A stretch of DNA of 64,000 nucleotides. It comes from Candidatus Fermentithermobacillaceae bacterium. GTDB lineage: Bacteria; Bacillota; Sulfobacillia; Fermentithermobacillales; Fermentithermobacillaceae. The stretch spans positions 26,421-90,420 of the forward strand of contig DULO01000031.1 of assembly GCA_012840345.1 (NCBI GenBank), given 5' to 3'. Below, one piece after another: positions 17,598-27,623 of this stretch; the stretch's first letter is position 1; each line of letters begins with the position of its first letter. A program made the translations under genes and the position numbers. The notes beneath the pieces were generated by a model that was not told the origin of the DNA, did not search any database, and saw only the letters and a program-made list of their open reading frames with translations.

Positions 17598-18786
17598 GTC
17601 TTCTGAAAACTCCTCCCGTCAAGTGGATAAGTCCCGGCATTGGGTCCGAGAGGCTAAAGAGGCCGTCTCTTGGACGGTACTTGAGGAGGTCCCAAAGCCC
17701 CTTAGCGATGTAGCCGGCTCCGTTTCCGGGTAGACGCGAGTATTCGAACAGAGAGACGAAGTCGCCGGGGAAAAACCGCACCCTTACGCCGTCTTTCTGC
17801 CGCAAGGGAGCAATATCCTCCCCAAGGCAAGCGCGGTAATACAGAAGAGGAAAATCCACGCCTGCTTCAACAGCCAAAGCCAGGCTGCCCCAAAACCGCG
17901 GGTTCACCTCGAGAAAGCGGAACTTGCCGTCGAGGCCCCTCCTAAAGTCCAGCATGGCCATACCTCGCCAGTTGAGAGCCGAAAGCAAACGGTGGCTGTA
18001 GTCCACCAGCTCGGGGCAGTCCTCTGACACGCAATACACTGTGGGGCCAGCTCCCCTGGGCCTTTCACGTATGCTCCGGTAGGTAAACGAGGCAACCGGC
18101 CTTCCGTCCTTGTCGTAGAGGAGCGCGGCGCCGTAATCCTCGCCTGCCACGTATTCTTGGGCGATTGGAGCGGTTTGAACCGTTTCCATCTGACGGTACG
18201 CTTCCAATACTTCTTCCGGCGATGAGCACATTCGGTAACGTAAAGACGCGGGCAGCCCCGCGTCCTCGCCTGACCTGTATTTCAACATGACGGGGTAAGG
18301 AAGGTCTTGCGCCCACTTGAGCATGGCGGAGGCATCCCGGATGTCTACCCCGTTTTCCGCGGGCGAACTTGTTCGTGGGACCGGCACGCCCAGGCTTCGC
18401 GCCAGCTTTGTGCACCTCGCCTTGTCGTGGGCTTCTTCCAGGGCTGACGGTGTGGGGACCAGCGTTTTGGCCCGCCTCGCGATCTTAGGCTCGTCCCAAG
18501 ACATTTTAAACACGGCCGGGGTAAAGACGGGCACGAGCACTCCCCCTTCTCCCGCCGCCTCCAGCAGGGTTTCGACATCGGCGTCGGAGAGAGCGGTTTT
18601 GGCGCCGCGGCCGAGATTGACACTAGACTTGACATACTTGGAATGGAAGGCAAGCGGCCTGGGGGTGTCAGCCGCCTCGGCGGCGACAACATGTATCCCA
18701 GCCCGGCCCAGGGACCGGGCGATAGTAACCGCTATGCGAAGCCTCGCGTCGGTCACCACTGCCTTGGGTTTCTCGTAAACCGCCAT
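17584..18786 (-). CDS. ATP-grasp carboxylate-amine ligase
   Basis: ARSLGRAGI, HDK, YPVMLK, IAQEYVAG, FLEVNPRFWGS..AGVDFP. Confidence 0.85.
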   Translation of the reverse strand: MAVYEKPKAVVTDARLRIAVTIARSLGRAGIHVVAAEAADTPRPLAFHSKYVKSSVNLGRGAKTALSDADVETLLEAAGEGGVLVPVFTPAVFKMSWDEPKIARRAKTLVPTPSALEEAHDKARCTKLARSLGVPVPRTSSPAENGVDIRDASAMLKWAQDLPYPVMLKYRSGEDAGLPASLRYRMCSSPEEVLEAYRQMETVQTAPIAQEYVAGEDYGAALLYDKDGRPVASFTYRSIRERPRGAGPTVYCVSEDCPELVDYSHRLLSALNWRGMAMLDFRRGLDGKFRFLEVNPRFWGSLALAVEAGVDFPLLYYRACLGEDIAPLRQKDGVRVRFFPGDFVSLFEYSRLPGNGAGYIAKGLWDLLKYRPRDGLFSLSDPMPGLIHLTGGVFRRHARA

Positions 18787-18864
18787 GCTCCACTCCCTTT
18801 AGTTGATTCTACCGATACCGGATGCCCCAGTCCACCAAAGCCAATTGGCACTACAATTGGGTCG

Positions 18865-18893
18865 TTGACACTCAATTATTCCGGTGTTAAACT
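18865..18893 (+). promoter_or_regulatory. sigmaA promoter of guaB
   Basis: TTGACA-17 nt-TAAACT with extended TG; AGGAGG RBS downstream. Confidence 0.75.
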
Positions 18894-18900
18894 CCATTAA

Positions 18901-20376
<1,476 letters not shown>

Positions 20377-20443
20377 ACGGTAGAAAGCGGAGCATGGCGC
20401 GGCCACGCGGTTCCGTACGTTAGGTTAACATAAAACCACGCTG

Positions 20444-20494
20444 GATACCTCCCGCGTATGTTGCGTTGGCACGTACGCGAGGAGGTATCTTTAT
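20444..20494 (+). terminator. intrinsic terminator after guaB
   Basis: gatacctcc-cgcgtatgt / acgtacgcg-a-ggaggtatc stem followed by TTTAT. Confidence 0.65.
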
Positions 20495-20515
20495 GAGTGA
20501 GAGCGGGGCGCGTGT

Positions 20516-21300
20516 CTATTTCAGCCATCCCAAAGCGCCGGAAGCGGCTCTCTCGTCCCCGCGCACGGACTCGCACCCCAGGAATCTCCTGAACTCGTCC
20601 AGGCAAGAAATGATGGCGGATCGCATATCCTGGTCGTCCGGGTCAACAGGCACGCGGCCATCCTGCCCTGTCTCCCACCACCAGTTGCGGATGACCAGTT
20701 CCTTTCTCTTTCGGTCCCGGACCGGCTCGCATCTGGCAATGAACCGGTCCCCGTACAAGACCGGCAGCACGTAGTACCCGTACCGCCGCTTGGACGGAGT
20801 CACGTAGACTTCCCAGGTATAGTCGAACTTGAAAAGCGTGGAGACAAGCCACCGGTCCCAAAGGAGATTGTCCAAGGGAGCTATGAAAGCGGCTTTCGGA
20901 GCGGAAGATTCCTCCTCGGCTTCGCGACTGAGCACAGCCTCGAGGGTAGGCTCGTCCTGGGCGCGCATGTACATAGGATGCGGGATGCCCTCCACGCTCA
21001 CTTGCTTAAGCTCCCTTTTCGCCAGGAGACGGGCGATGGACTCGGCTCTCCTGGAGCTGTTCGTGCCCTCAATTCCCAGCCATGCTTCGACGCCCCTGTT
21101 GGCAAGCAAACCCACGCTGCCGATTCTCCTGTGCACGTGCCAGTCGTGGTACTCCTCGTCGGTCGGGTTGGGCTCCGGAGCATTTAGCAGTTCAGGCGGA
21201 ATATGCCTTTCGGTCAGATCGTACGTTTTCCTGACTCCCGACTTGCTGTGGACGATCAGTTCACCCCAGAAGTACATGCCTTCCAAGGTCGCCCTGGCAT
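20516..21300 (-). pseudogene. 5'-truncated YcaQ/HTH_42-family winged-helix DNA glycosylase-like protein
   Basis: Family-like sequence from RATLEGMYFWGEL..RKTYDLTERH to FIAPLDNLLWDR..FDYTWEVYVTPSKRRYGYYVLPVLYGD. The upstream part of the ORF is the antisense of the next gene, so the N-terminal region is missing. Confidence 0.7.
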
Positions 21301-21314
21301 CAAAGGAGGGCAAC

Positions 21315-21740
21315 ATGAGGAGAATGTGGTGGTTATACGTTTTGGGGTTCCTGGTCCTCGCGTTGGGTGTGGGGTTCCTGTTTGCTATCCGGGGCCTGAA
21401 AGAAACTTTGGGACTTAAGATCAACCATGTCGACTTAAGCGGCGTCTCTGACGGCACGTATCAGGGAGAGTACGAGGCCGGACGTTTCAAGCTCACAGTC
21501 CAGGTTACCGTGAAGAACGGCTCCATAGCCAAAGTTGACATCATGGACTTCGACAAGTCCGGAGATGTCGGAAAGAAGATCTGGGAATCCGTTTATGGGC
21601 CGACGATAGACAGAATAGTCGAGTCCCAATCGCCCAACGTGGACATCATGTCTGGCGCGACCGCTACAACGAAGGCGCTGCTTAAGGCCGTAGAAAACGC
21701 GCTGGTGGAAGCGGGCGGAGAGATCTCGTCTTCCCGGTAA
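21315..21740 (+). CDS. membrane-anchored FMN-binding (flavinylation substrate) protein
   Basis: AAAGGAGG RBS then MRRMWW + TM; DGTYQGEY..V.VTVKNGSI; VDIMSGATATT motif. Confidence 0.88.
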   Translation: MRRMWWLYVLGFLVLALGVGFLFAIRGLKETLGLKINHVDLSGVSDGTYQGEYEAGRFKLTVQVTVKNGSIAKVDIMDFDKSGDVGKKIWESVYGPTIDRIVESQSPNVDIMSGATATTKALLKAVENALVEAGGEISSSR

Positions 21741-21756
21741 ACCTTCTCAGACGATA

Positions 21757-21795
21757 CGGGGGCAGGCGGGCCTTAGGCCCTCATGCCCCCTGAAA
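21757..21795. terminator. hairpin between convergent genes
   Basis: gggggca..gggcc-tta-ggccc..tgccccc. Confidence 0.5.
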
Positions 21796-21804
21796 AGACC
21801 AACT

Positions 21805-23058
21805 CTACTCCGCCGGAGGCACGTAGTTCACACCGTCCGTGTAGATGTTGGACGGGTTCCAAAGCATGAAAGTATAGATTCCGCGCTCGAACAGGGCGTT
21901 AATCTGCCCCTGCACTTCAGCTGGGCCGTACTTGATCCTCATAGAGAAGTCCTGCAGCCAAGGTCTGTTCTTCGCTCTGAGTCCCGCGGTCCTCTCTGCT
22001 GCCTCGTCCGCGGACTTCCCCACGACCTCGTACGGGTGAGCCTCGGGGACTTCGAAACCGTAGATCCCGGCGTTGTAGTAGTGAGACGGGTACACCATGG
22101 GAGATATGAAATCGACACAGTCGGCCACCTGTTCCAGCTTTTGGCCAATTCCCATGTCGTCCACGGCGATAGTGGTAAAGCCGAAAATGTCCGCGCTCAG
22201 TATGGCTTTGTCCTTTAGAGCATCGGACATGTAGTTGAGAAACGCCACGATGGCATCGCCCCGGCTCTCGTACTTCTCTCGCCCCGGCATCACAGTGGTG
22301 TTTTCTATCCCGGCTGCGCTGTCAGGGAAACGGACGTAGTCAAGCTGGATCTCGTGGAAACCCATCTCCACAGCCCACAAGGCTGTGGTCTTGATGTGCT
22401 CCCAGTTTCTTTCGTCGCACGGATTTAGCCACAATCGCCCGTCGCGGTCCCGCCACGGCGTGCCAGAAGGGGTGCGTATGGCCAGTTCGGGATAATTGGA
22501 CGCGATATAGGGGTCCTGGAAACACACGATGCGGGCGATAAGGTAGTACCCTTCCCGGCTTAGTTCCTTCACCAACGCGGGGTAGTGTTTGTAACCCGCC
22601 GAACGGGACGGCACTCCCTCAGGCGGATCGCACGGGACCATGCCGCTGTTGTCCCTCACGTCCATGACCAGAGCGTTAAGCCCTTCGTGTTTCCGCACAA
22701 AGGTGATGATGGAAGACATCTTTGAGACCGTCCCCGCCGCGGGGATTGTAACGTATACGGCGCGCGCTTCCTGCGCACGTTCCATTAGTGTGGGCCCCGG
22801 CGGTTCGATCTCTTCAGGGTCTTCTGTGTCGACCGGCACAGGATCGCCGGCGGGGCCCCAAGGCCCGGATATGCCGCTAAGGAATTCGACGCTCCCGTCA
22901 AATGGATAGGTGCCCGTCGCCCACAAAGCAACCGCCGCGCAAACGATCATCGCAAGACTGACCCAGACAAGTACCCCCGGACTTCCCCTCCGTCTGCGAC
23001 TCCTTCGTGAAGCGACAACAACCGCGCGCAAGTCCTCATTACCGGCATTCCCCGCCAT
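21805..23058 (-). CDS. membrane-anchored putative glycoside hydrolase (DUF4015-like)
   Basis: TM then NALVMDVRD..G, IARIVCFQDP, WLNP, GFHEIQLDYVRFP, SADIFG, ISPMVYPSHY, RPWLQDF. Confidence 0.85.
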   Translation of the reverse strand: MAGNAGNEDLRAVVVASRRSRRRRGSPGVLVWVSLAMIVCAAVALWATGTYPFDGSVEFLSGISGPWGPAGDPVPVDTEDPEEIEPPGPTLMERAQEARAVYVTIPAAGTVSKMSSIITFVRKHEGLNALVMDVRDNSGMVPCDPPEGVPSRSAGYKHYPALVKELSREGYYLIARIVCFQDPYIASNYPELAIRTPSGTPWRDRDGRLWLNPCDERNWEHIKTTALWAVEMGFHEIQLDYVRFPDSAAGIENTTVMPGREKYESRGDAIVAFLNYMSDALKDKAILSADIFGFTTIAVDDMGIGQKLEQVADCVDFISPMVYPSHYYNAGIYGFEVPEAHPYEVVGKSADEAAERTAGLRAKNRPWLQDFSMRIKYGPAEVQGQINALFERGIYTFMLWNPSNIYTDGVNYVPPAE

Positions 23059-23258
23059 CAAGGCTCCCCCGTCTCTCCTGAGATTCCCAGCCCAAGCTCC
23101 TCGGACATACTCCGACAGGCTTCTACAAGGGCTTCTACAGGGACGAACACAAACCTTCTTTTGTTCCAGCGTTTTGGGCACAGCCGGTTTGAGGTCAGGC
23201 CTAATGGTTGGTTAACGCCATGTGATTAGAATTGGGACAGGTAGCGGCTTCTCAGACT

Positions 23259-23747
23259 CTATTTCTTCGAGAGATACCTGAGCGCCACTGAAATCCCCAT
23301 GAATCCGACAGACAGTTCCAGAGGAATCACCAATCTTTGGATGTCCACCGTAGAAATTACGACACCTTTCCCGGCAATAACGGTCGGAGGCGTCAAATTA
23401 CACTGGAATCCGTAATCCTCGAGGCCGGCAGCGGCCTGCGCGGTGATGATGTTCCCCATCTCAGCGATAGCCGACTCGGCCAGTTGTCCAAAAACCGGGA
23501 CGGGTTCCCCTATGAGGATGGAGGCGATTTGCTTAGCGGTCTTCTCCGACATGCTGTAGAGGACGGTGCCCTCGGCCTCTCCGGCCACCCCGATGGCCAC
23601 GTTAACCTCTCCCGAAGTAGCCTTGGAGGACTCCAGCCTCAACTGGCCCCTGGTTACTTCCACTCTCAACTCCTCCTGCAGGAACCGGTAGGCAGACTCA
23701 ACGAACGGAATGACCAGGCCTGCCTTCATCATGGAAATCCCCTCCAA
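23259..23747 (-). CDS. cheX: CheX phosphatase
   Basis: IPFVESA, IGVAGEAEG, SAIAEMGNII, LTPPTVI.G. Confidence 0.88.
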   Translation of the reverse strand: MEGISMMKAGLVIPFVESAYRFLQEELRVEVTRGQLRLESSKATSGEVNVAIGVAGEAEGTVLYSMSEKTAKQIASILIGEPVPVFGQLAESAIAEMGNIITAQAAAGLEDYGFQCNLTPPTVIAGKGVVISTVDIQRLVIPLELSVGFMGISVALRYLSKK

Positions 23748-23756
23748 ACGGCAAAT

Positions 23757-24644
23757 TCACATAGCTTGATAGAAAAACGGCATTATCTGAGTAAGCCCGT
23801 ATTTGTTCGCGTCCACAATCGCTTCGGTAGAACCGGCGAAAAACACACCTTCAGGAACCAAAGACTTACTTAAGTTTCGAAGCACATGGTCTTTGCCGGC
23901 GGCGGTGAAGTAGATCATGACGTTTCGGCACAAGACAAGGCCGACTCCTGACGGGTAGGGGTCCGACAGCAGGTTGTGGCGCTCGAATGTAACCAGGCGT
24001 CTAAGCGAAGGCTTGACGGTGTACGCGGCGCCGTCCCTGCTGAAGTACGCGTTCAGAATCTCCGGAGGTATCCCCTGAACTTCGTCCTCGGAATATCGCC
24101 CTGAGGACGCCTTATCCAGACTTGGCCGGTGGATGTCGGTACCCAGCACGCGGAACCGTCTCCCCATATGCCGGTCCAGCGCCATAGCCACGGAGTAGGC
24201 CTCTTGGCCGCCTGACGAGCCCGCGCTCCAAACGAATACCTCCCGGTTTCGGTCCGCCAACTTCCGGAGAATGGGCACGATCCGGCGGACCAACCCCTCC
24301 CATTGCTCCGTGTCTCGGAAAAACCCGGAGACGTTGATGGTTATGTAGTCCAGAAGACTCCCTAGGCTCTCGCGGTCTCTTTCCAGCGAGGACGCCAGGG
24401 CGTAGAAACTGGGAAAACCCTGCCTCTGGCGGTACGCGTTGAGCCTCCTGTGCATCTGCTGGCCTTTGTACCTGGAAAGATCGATCCCGGTCCGCTCCAG
24501 TATTATTTTGCACACGCAGGAATAACCGGGTCCGTAGACCCGAGCGTCATCACCACACAAAGCGCCGGGGTTCACCTGAACCGGACCGGAACGCCGGACC
24601 TGTTGGTGAGGAAGATACGGGGTCTCGAGGTTCACCCCTGACAC
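23757..24644 (-). CDS. cheR: chemotaxis methyltransferase
   Basis: GIDLSRYK..MHRRL, TINVSGFFRD, WSAGSSGGQEAYS, LCRNVMIYF. Confidence 0.92.
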   Translation of the reverse strand: MSGVNLETPYLPHQQVRRSGPVQVNPGALCGDDARVYGPGYSCVCKIILERTGIDLSRYKGQQMHRRLNAYRQRQGFPSFYALASSLERDRESLGSLLDYITINVSGFFRDTEQWEGLVRRIVPILRKLADRNREVFVWSAGSSGGQEAYSVAMALDRHMGRRFRVLGTDIHRPSLDKASSGRYSEDEVQGIPPEILNAYFSRDGAAYTVKPSLRRLVTFERHNLLSDPYPSGVGLVLCRNVMIYFTAAGKDHVLRNLSKSLVPEGVFFAGSTEAIVDANKYGLTQIMPFFYQAM

Positions 24645-25000
24645 TGCTTTCGCACCGCTTCCAAGAGCTTATCGGGCTCGAAGGGTTTTATCACGAAGTC
24701 CCTGGCCCCCGCCCTAATCGCCTCAAGGACCATGCTCCTTTGGCTGATCGCGGTAACCATAATCACCTTGGCTTCCGGGTCTTTTTCCCTTATGGCTTTG
24801 ACCGCTTCTATTCCTCCCATAACTGGCATGGTGATGTCCATGAGGACCACGTCCGGCTTCACGTCGAAGTACTTGTCCACGGCGTCGGCACCGTTAACCG
24901 CCTCGTAGATTTCGTACCCTTGACCCGCGAGAAGCCTCGCCGCTTTAGTTCTCATGAACAAAGCGTCGTCAACGCATAAGACCTTAGCCACGGCCACCAA
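24632..25000 (-). CDS. cheY: single-domain response regulator
   Basis: VDDALFMR, MDITMPVMGG, FVIKPF; located in the che cluster. Confidence 0.9.
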   Translation of the reverse strand: MVAVAKVLCVDDALFMRTKAARLLAGQGYEIYEAVNGADAVDKYFDVKPDVVLMDITMPVMGGIEAVKAIREKDPEAKVIMVTAISQRSMVLEAIRAGARDFVIKPFEPDKLLEAVRKQCQG

Positions 25001-25037
25001 CTCCCCTCATCTTGTCCTGGCCGATCGTCTGAAACTC

Positions 25038-27050
25038 TCACAGAATCCGGTTGATGTCCAAGATTACCGCCGGGTCACCTTCAGCGAGTATGGTCGCCCC
25101 GGCTACTCCCCTGACGCGCGAAAGGAGGCCTCTCAATTCTTTGACCACGATCTCCTCCTCGCCCAGCAATTCTTCTACTCCAAGCGCCACGGGCTGAGCC
25201 TGGGTCCTGGTAAGGAGCGCGTAACGGCTTCCGTCGCGCTGCCAGGGCGAGTCGCTCAAGACTCCTTTGAGGGAGACAAGCGGGACTATCCTGTCTCTCA
25301 CTTTCATGGCCTGCTTGCCCCGCACGCTCCCTATGGACTGGTCCTTAAGGGAGAAGATTTCCTCAACCGAGGAGGTCGGTATGGCGTAAACCTCGTCTGC
25401 GCATTTCACCAACAGGGCCCGCATGATGGAAAGTGTAAGGGGCAGCCTGAGGGTCACTTGAGTACCTTCGCCCGGGCGGGTCCAAAGCTCGATCCGGCCG
25501 TTCACTCGTTCAAGGTTTTGGCGGGCCACGTCCATGCCCACTCCCCGCCCCGACACTTCGGTCGTCTCGGACGCGGTCGAAAGACCGGGGAGAAAAACCA
25601 GTTCGCAGATTTCCTGTTCCGAAAGCTTGCGGCTGGCCTCTTCCGTAATAAGCCCCTTCTTCACGGCAGTTCTACGAATCCTTTCAGGATCCATGCCCGC
25701 CCCGTCGTCCTCAACCCTTACGAGGATCTGGTTGTCTTCATACCAGGCCGAAAGGCGGATGTTCCCCGCCTTGGGTTTCCCAAGCCTCTCCCGTTCATCA
25801 GGCATTTCGATACCGTGATCAACCGCGTTCCTCAAGAGGTGGATCAGGGGATCGTCAATAGCTTCAAGAACCGTGCGGTCCATCTCGGTTGACTCTCCGG
25901 TCATGCTGAATACAGTCTCTTTGCCGCAGCGCCGCGAAAGGTCCCTGACCATTCTTGGGAATTTGCCGACTATGCTCTTTAGCGGGAGCAGCCTTGCCCG
26001 CATGAGTCCGTCTTGAAGCTCCGAACTGGTCCTTTGGAGGTGGGATGCCAGAGAGCTTATTTCGCTGCCCACTGCCGCCGTTTCGCTGTTGGACATGAGC
26101 CTTGCCGCTATCTGGCTGAGCCTGGTCCTGTCTATCACCAGTTCTCCTACCATGTTCATTAGAGAGTCCAGAAGGGCCACATCGACGCGAACGGTCTTCC
26201 CCAGCGCGGTCTTTTCCACTCTTATTTCCGGCTTTTTGTCAGGCGAAGACGCGCCGGCGATGGTGGTGTTTACCGTATACCTTCGCACAGACACTTCCAC
26301 TACATCCTGAACCGTGGCAGCTATCCTTTGGGCTTGTTCCGACTCCTTTTCTCCCACGACGTACAAAGTCAGAGCGTCGCTGGCCTTGTCGTTTTCGATG
26401 TCCTCCAACGACGGCGAGGAGCCGGCCACTTCCGCCACTTCTTCCACCAGCGTCAGCACTTGAAAGCACCTTACTGAGAGCAGGGGAGCGTCCGTTCTGA
26501 ACCTGACCGTTAGTACGTAGACAGGGTTGCCTTGAGATACAAGCGCCTCCAAAGAAGCGGTCAAGGCGCCGGCCGCGCCCTTGGCGGGAAGCTTCTCGCA
26601 CGTTTCAGGCCATTTCAGGGGGACATTACTCTGGGGACCTTCCGACGGTGACGGGCATATCTGGAGGGCTTCAACAACCGGGAGTATCCCGGACGCCGGA
26701 GGGCCTTCCGCGCCTTCCCCGATGGCGTTACGCCAGTCCTTAAGCCAGTCTAAGACCTTGAACAGGCCGTTCATCATCTCGGAAGTGACGGAACGCTGGC
26801 CGGTCCTCACCTCGTCCAATACGGTCTCCATCCCGTGGCAAACGGAAACGGCTTCTTCCAGACCTAGGGTCGCCGCGCCGCCTTTCAATGTGTGCATCGC
26901 CCTGAACAGTTCCTGAAGCAGGGCGCTGTCAGATGGCGCTTTCTCAAGCAGTACAAGGTTCTGCTCGGTGTTGGCCAGGATCTCGTCGGTTTCGGCAAGC
27001 AAAACCTCGAGGTCTTTCGCGTACTCCTTCGCTTCCGCTTCTCTGATCAT
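25038..27050 (-). CDS. cheA: chemotaxis histidine kinase
   Basis: Hpt FRAMHTLKG, P2, VRVDVALLDSLMNMVGEL, HLLRNAVDHG, SGRGVGMD, C-terminal CheW domain. Confidence 0.96.
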   Translation of the reverse strand: MIREAEAKEYAKDLEVLLAETDEILANTEQNLVLLEKAPSDSALLQELFRAMHTLKGGAATLGLEEAVSVCHGMETVLDEVRTGQRSVTSEMMNGLFKVLDWLKDWRNAIGEGAEGPPASGILPVVEALQICPSPSEGPQSNVPLKWPETCEKLPAKGAAGALTASLEALVSQGNPVYVLTVRFRTDAPLLSVRCFQVLTLVEEVAEVAGSSPSLEDIENDKASDALTLYVVGEKESEQAQRIAATVQDVVEVSVRRYTVNTTIAGASSPDKKPEIRVEKTALGKTVRVDVALLDSLMNMVGELVIDRTRLSQIAARLMSNSETAAVGSEISSLASHLQRTSSELQDGLMRARLLPLKSIVGKFPRMVRDLSRRCGKETVFSMTGESTEMDRTVLEAIDDPLIHLLRNAVDHGIEMPDERERLGKPKAGNIRLSAWYEDNQILVRVEDDGAGMDPERIRRTAVKKGLITEEASRKLSEQEICELVFLPGLSTASETTEVSGRGVGMDVARQNLERVNGRIELWTRPGEGTQVTLRLPLTLSIMRALLVKCADEVYAIPTSSVEEIFSLKDQSIGSVRGKQAMKVRDRIVPLVSLKGVLSDSPWQRDGSRYALLTRTQAQPVALGVEELLGEEEIVVKELRGLLSRVRGVAGATILAEGDPAVILDINRIL

Positions 27051-27068
27051 TTCTTCCTCACTAGAAAA

Positions 27069-27563
27069 CTAAGGGTTTTTAGCCTCTTTGAGCGTCCTCT
27101 TCTCGGCGTCCGAGATGATCTTGGTCAGGTCTACAAGGACGATTAGATCATCGTCAACCTTGGCGATGCCTTCTATGTACTCGACATCGGGACCCACGAT
27201 CACTTGAGCCGGGGGCTCGATAGAGTCCACGGGAATCTGCATGACGGAAGACACCGCGTCAACGACTACCCCTATGCTGTCATACTCGTCCTCAACCAAA
27301 ATGATCCGCTGGTCTTCAGCCGATTGGGAGCGTGGGAGGCCGAAGTGCTTTCTTAGGTCCAGAACGGGGATAACCCGTCCCCGCAAGTTTATGATGCCTT
27401 CCACAAACTCGGGCGCCCTGGGCACCCGAACGATCTTCTGGCTGGGAATGATCTCCCGGACCTTGGAGATATCCACTCCGTAAAGCTCCGAGCCCAAAGA
27501 AAAGGCGACGATTTGCCGTTCCGCGCTTATTTGAACAGGTGGCCCTGACAATTGTGTAGCCAA
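27069..27563 (-). CDS. cheW: chemotaxis coupling protein
   Basis: YGVDISKVREI, VPRAPEFVEGIINLRGRVIPVLDL; TTG start after GGGAGG. Confidence 0.93.
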   Translation of the reverse strand: MATQLSGPPVQISAERQIVAFSLGSELYGVDISKVREIIPSQKIVRVPRAPEFVEGIINLRGRVIPVLDLRKHFGLPRSQSAEDQRIILVEDEYDSIGVVVDAVSSVMQIPVDSIEPPAQVIVGPDVEYIEGIAKVDDDLIVLVDLTKIISDAEKRTLKEAKNP

Positions 27564-27623
27564 AAGAAAAACCCCCTCCCGAGGGTTTATCGAAACCTGC
27601 GAGGGGGAATTAACTGACAAGAG

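Noticed and set aside
18846-18861. Sigma54 promoter TGGCAC-N5-TTGG
   Set aside because: The -12 GC is replaced by GG, and a canonical sigmaA promoter lies immediately downstream.
20829-21314. N-terminal 162 aa of the 303-aa plus-strand ORF
   Set aside because: Antisense of the ycaQ remnant; the real gene starts at ATG 21315 after a strong RBS.
23118-23139. Short direct repeat GGCTTCTACA x2 (also the TCGCGGG repeats at 46253-46279)
   Set aside because: Only 2-3 short units with no unique spacers; not CRISPR, and too weak to call functional.
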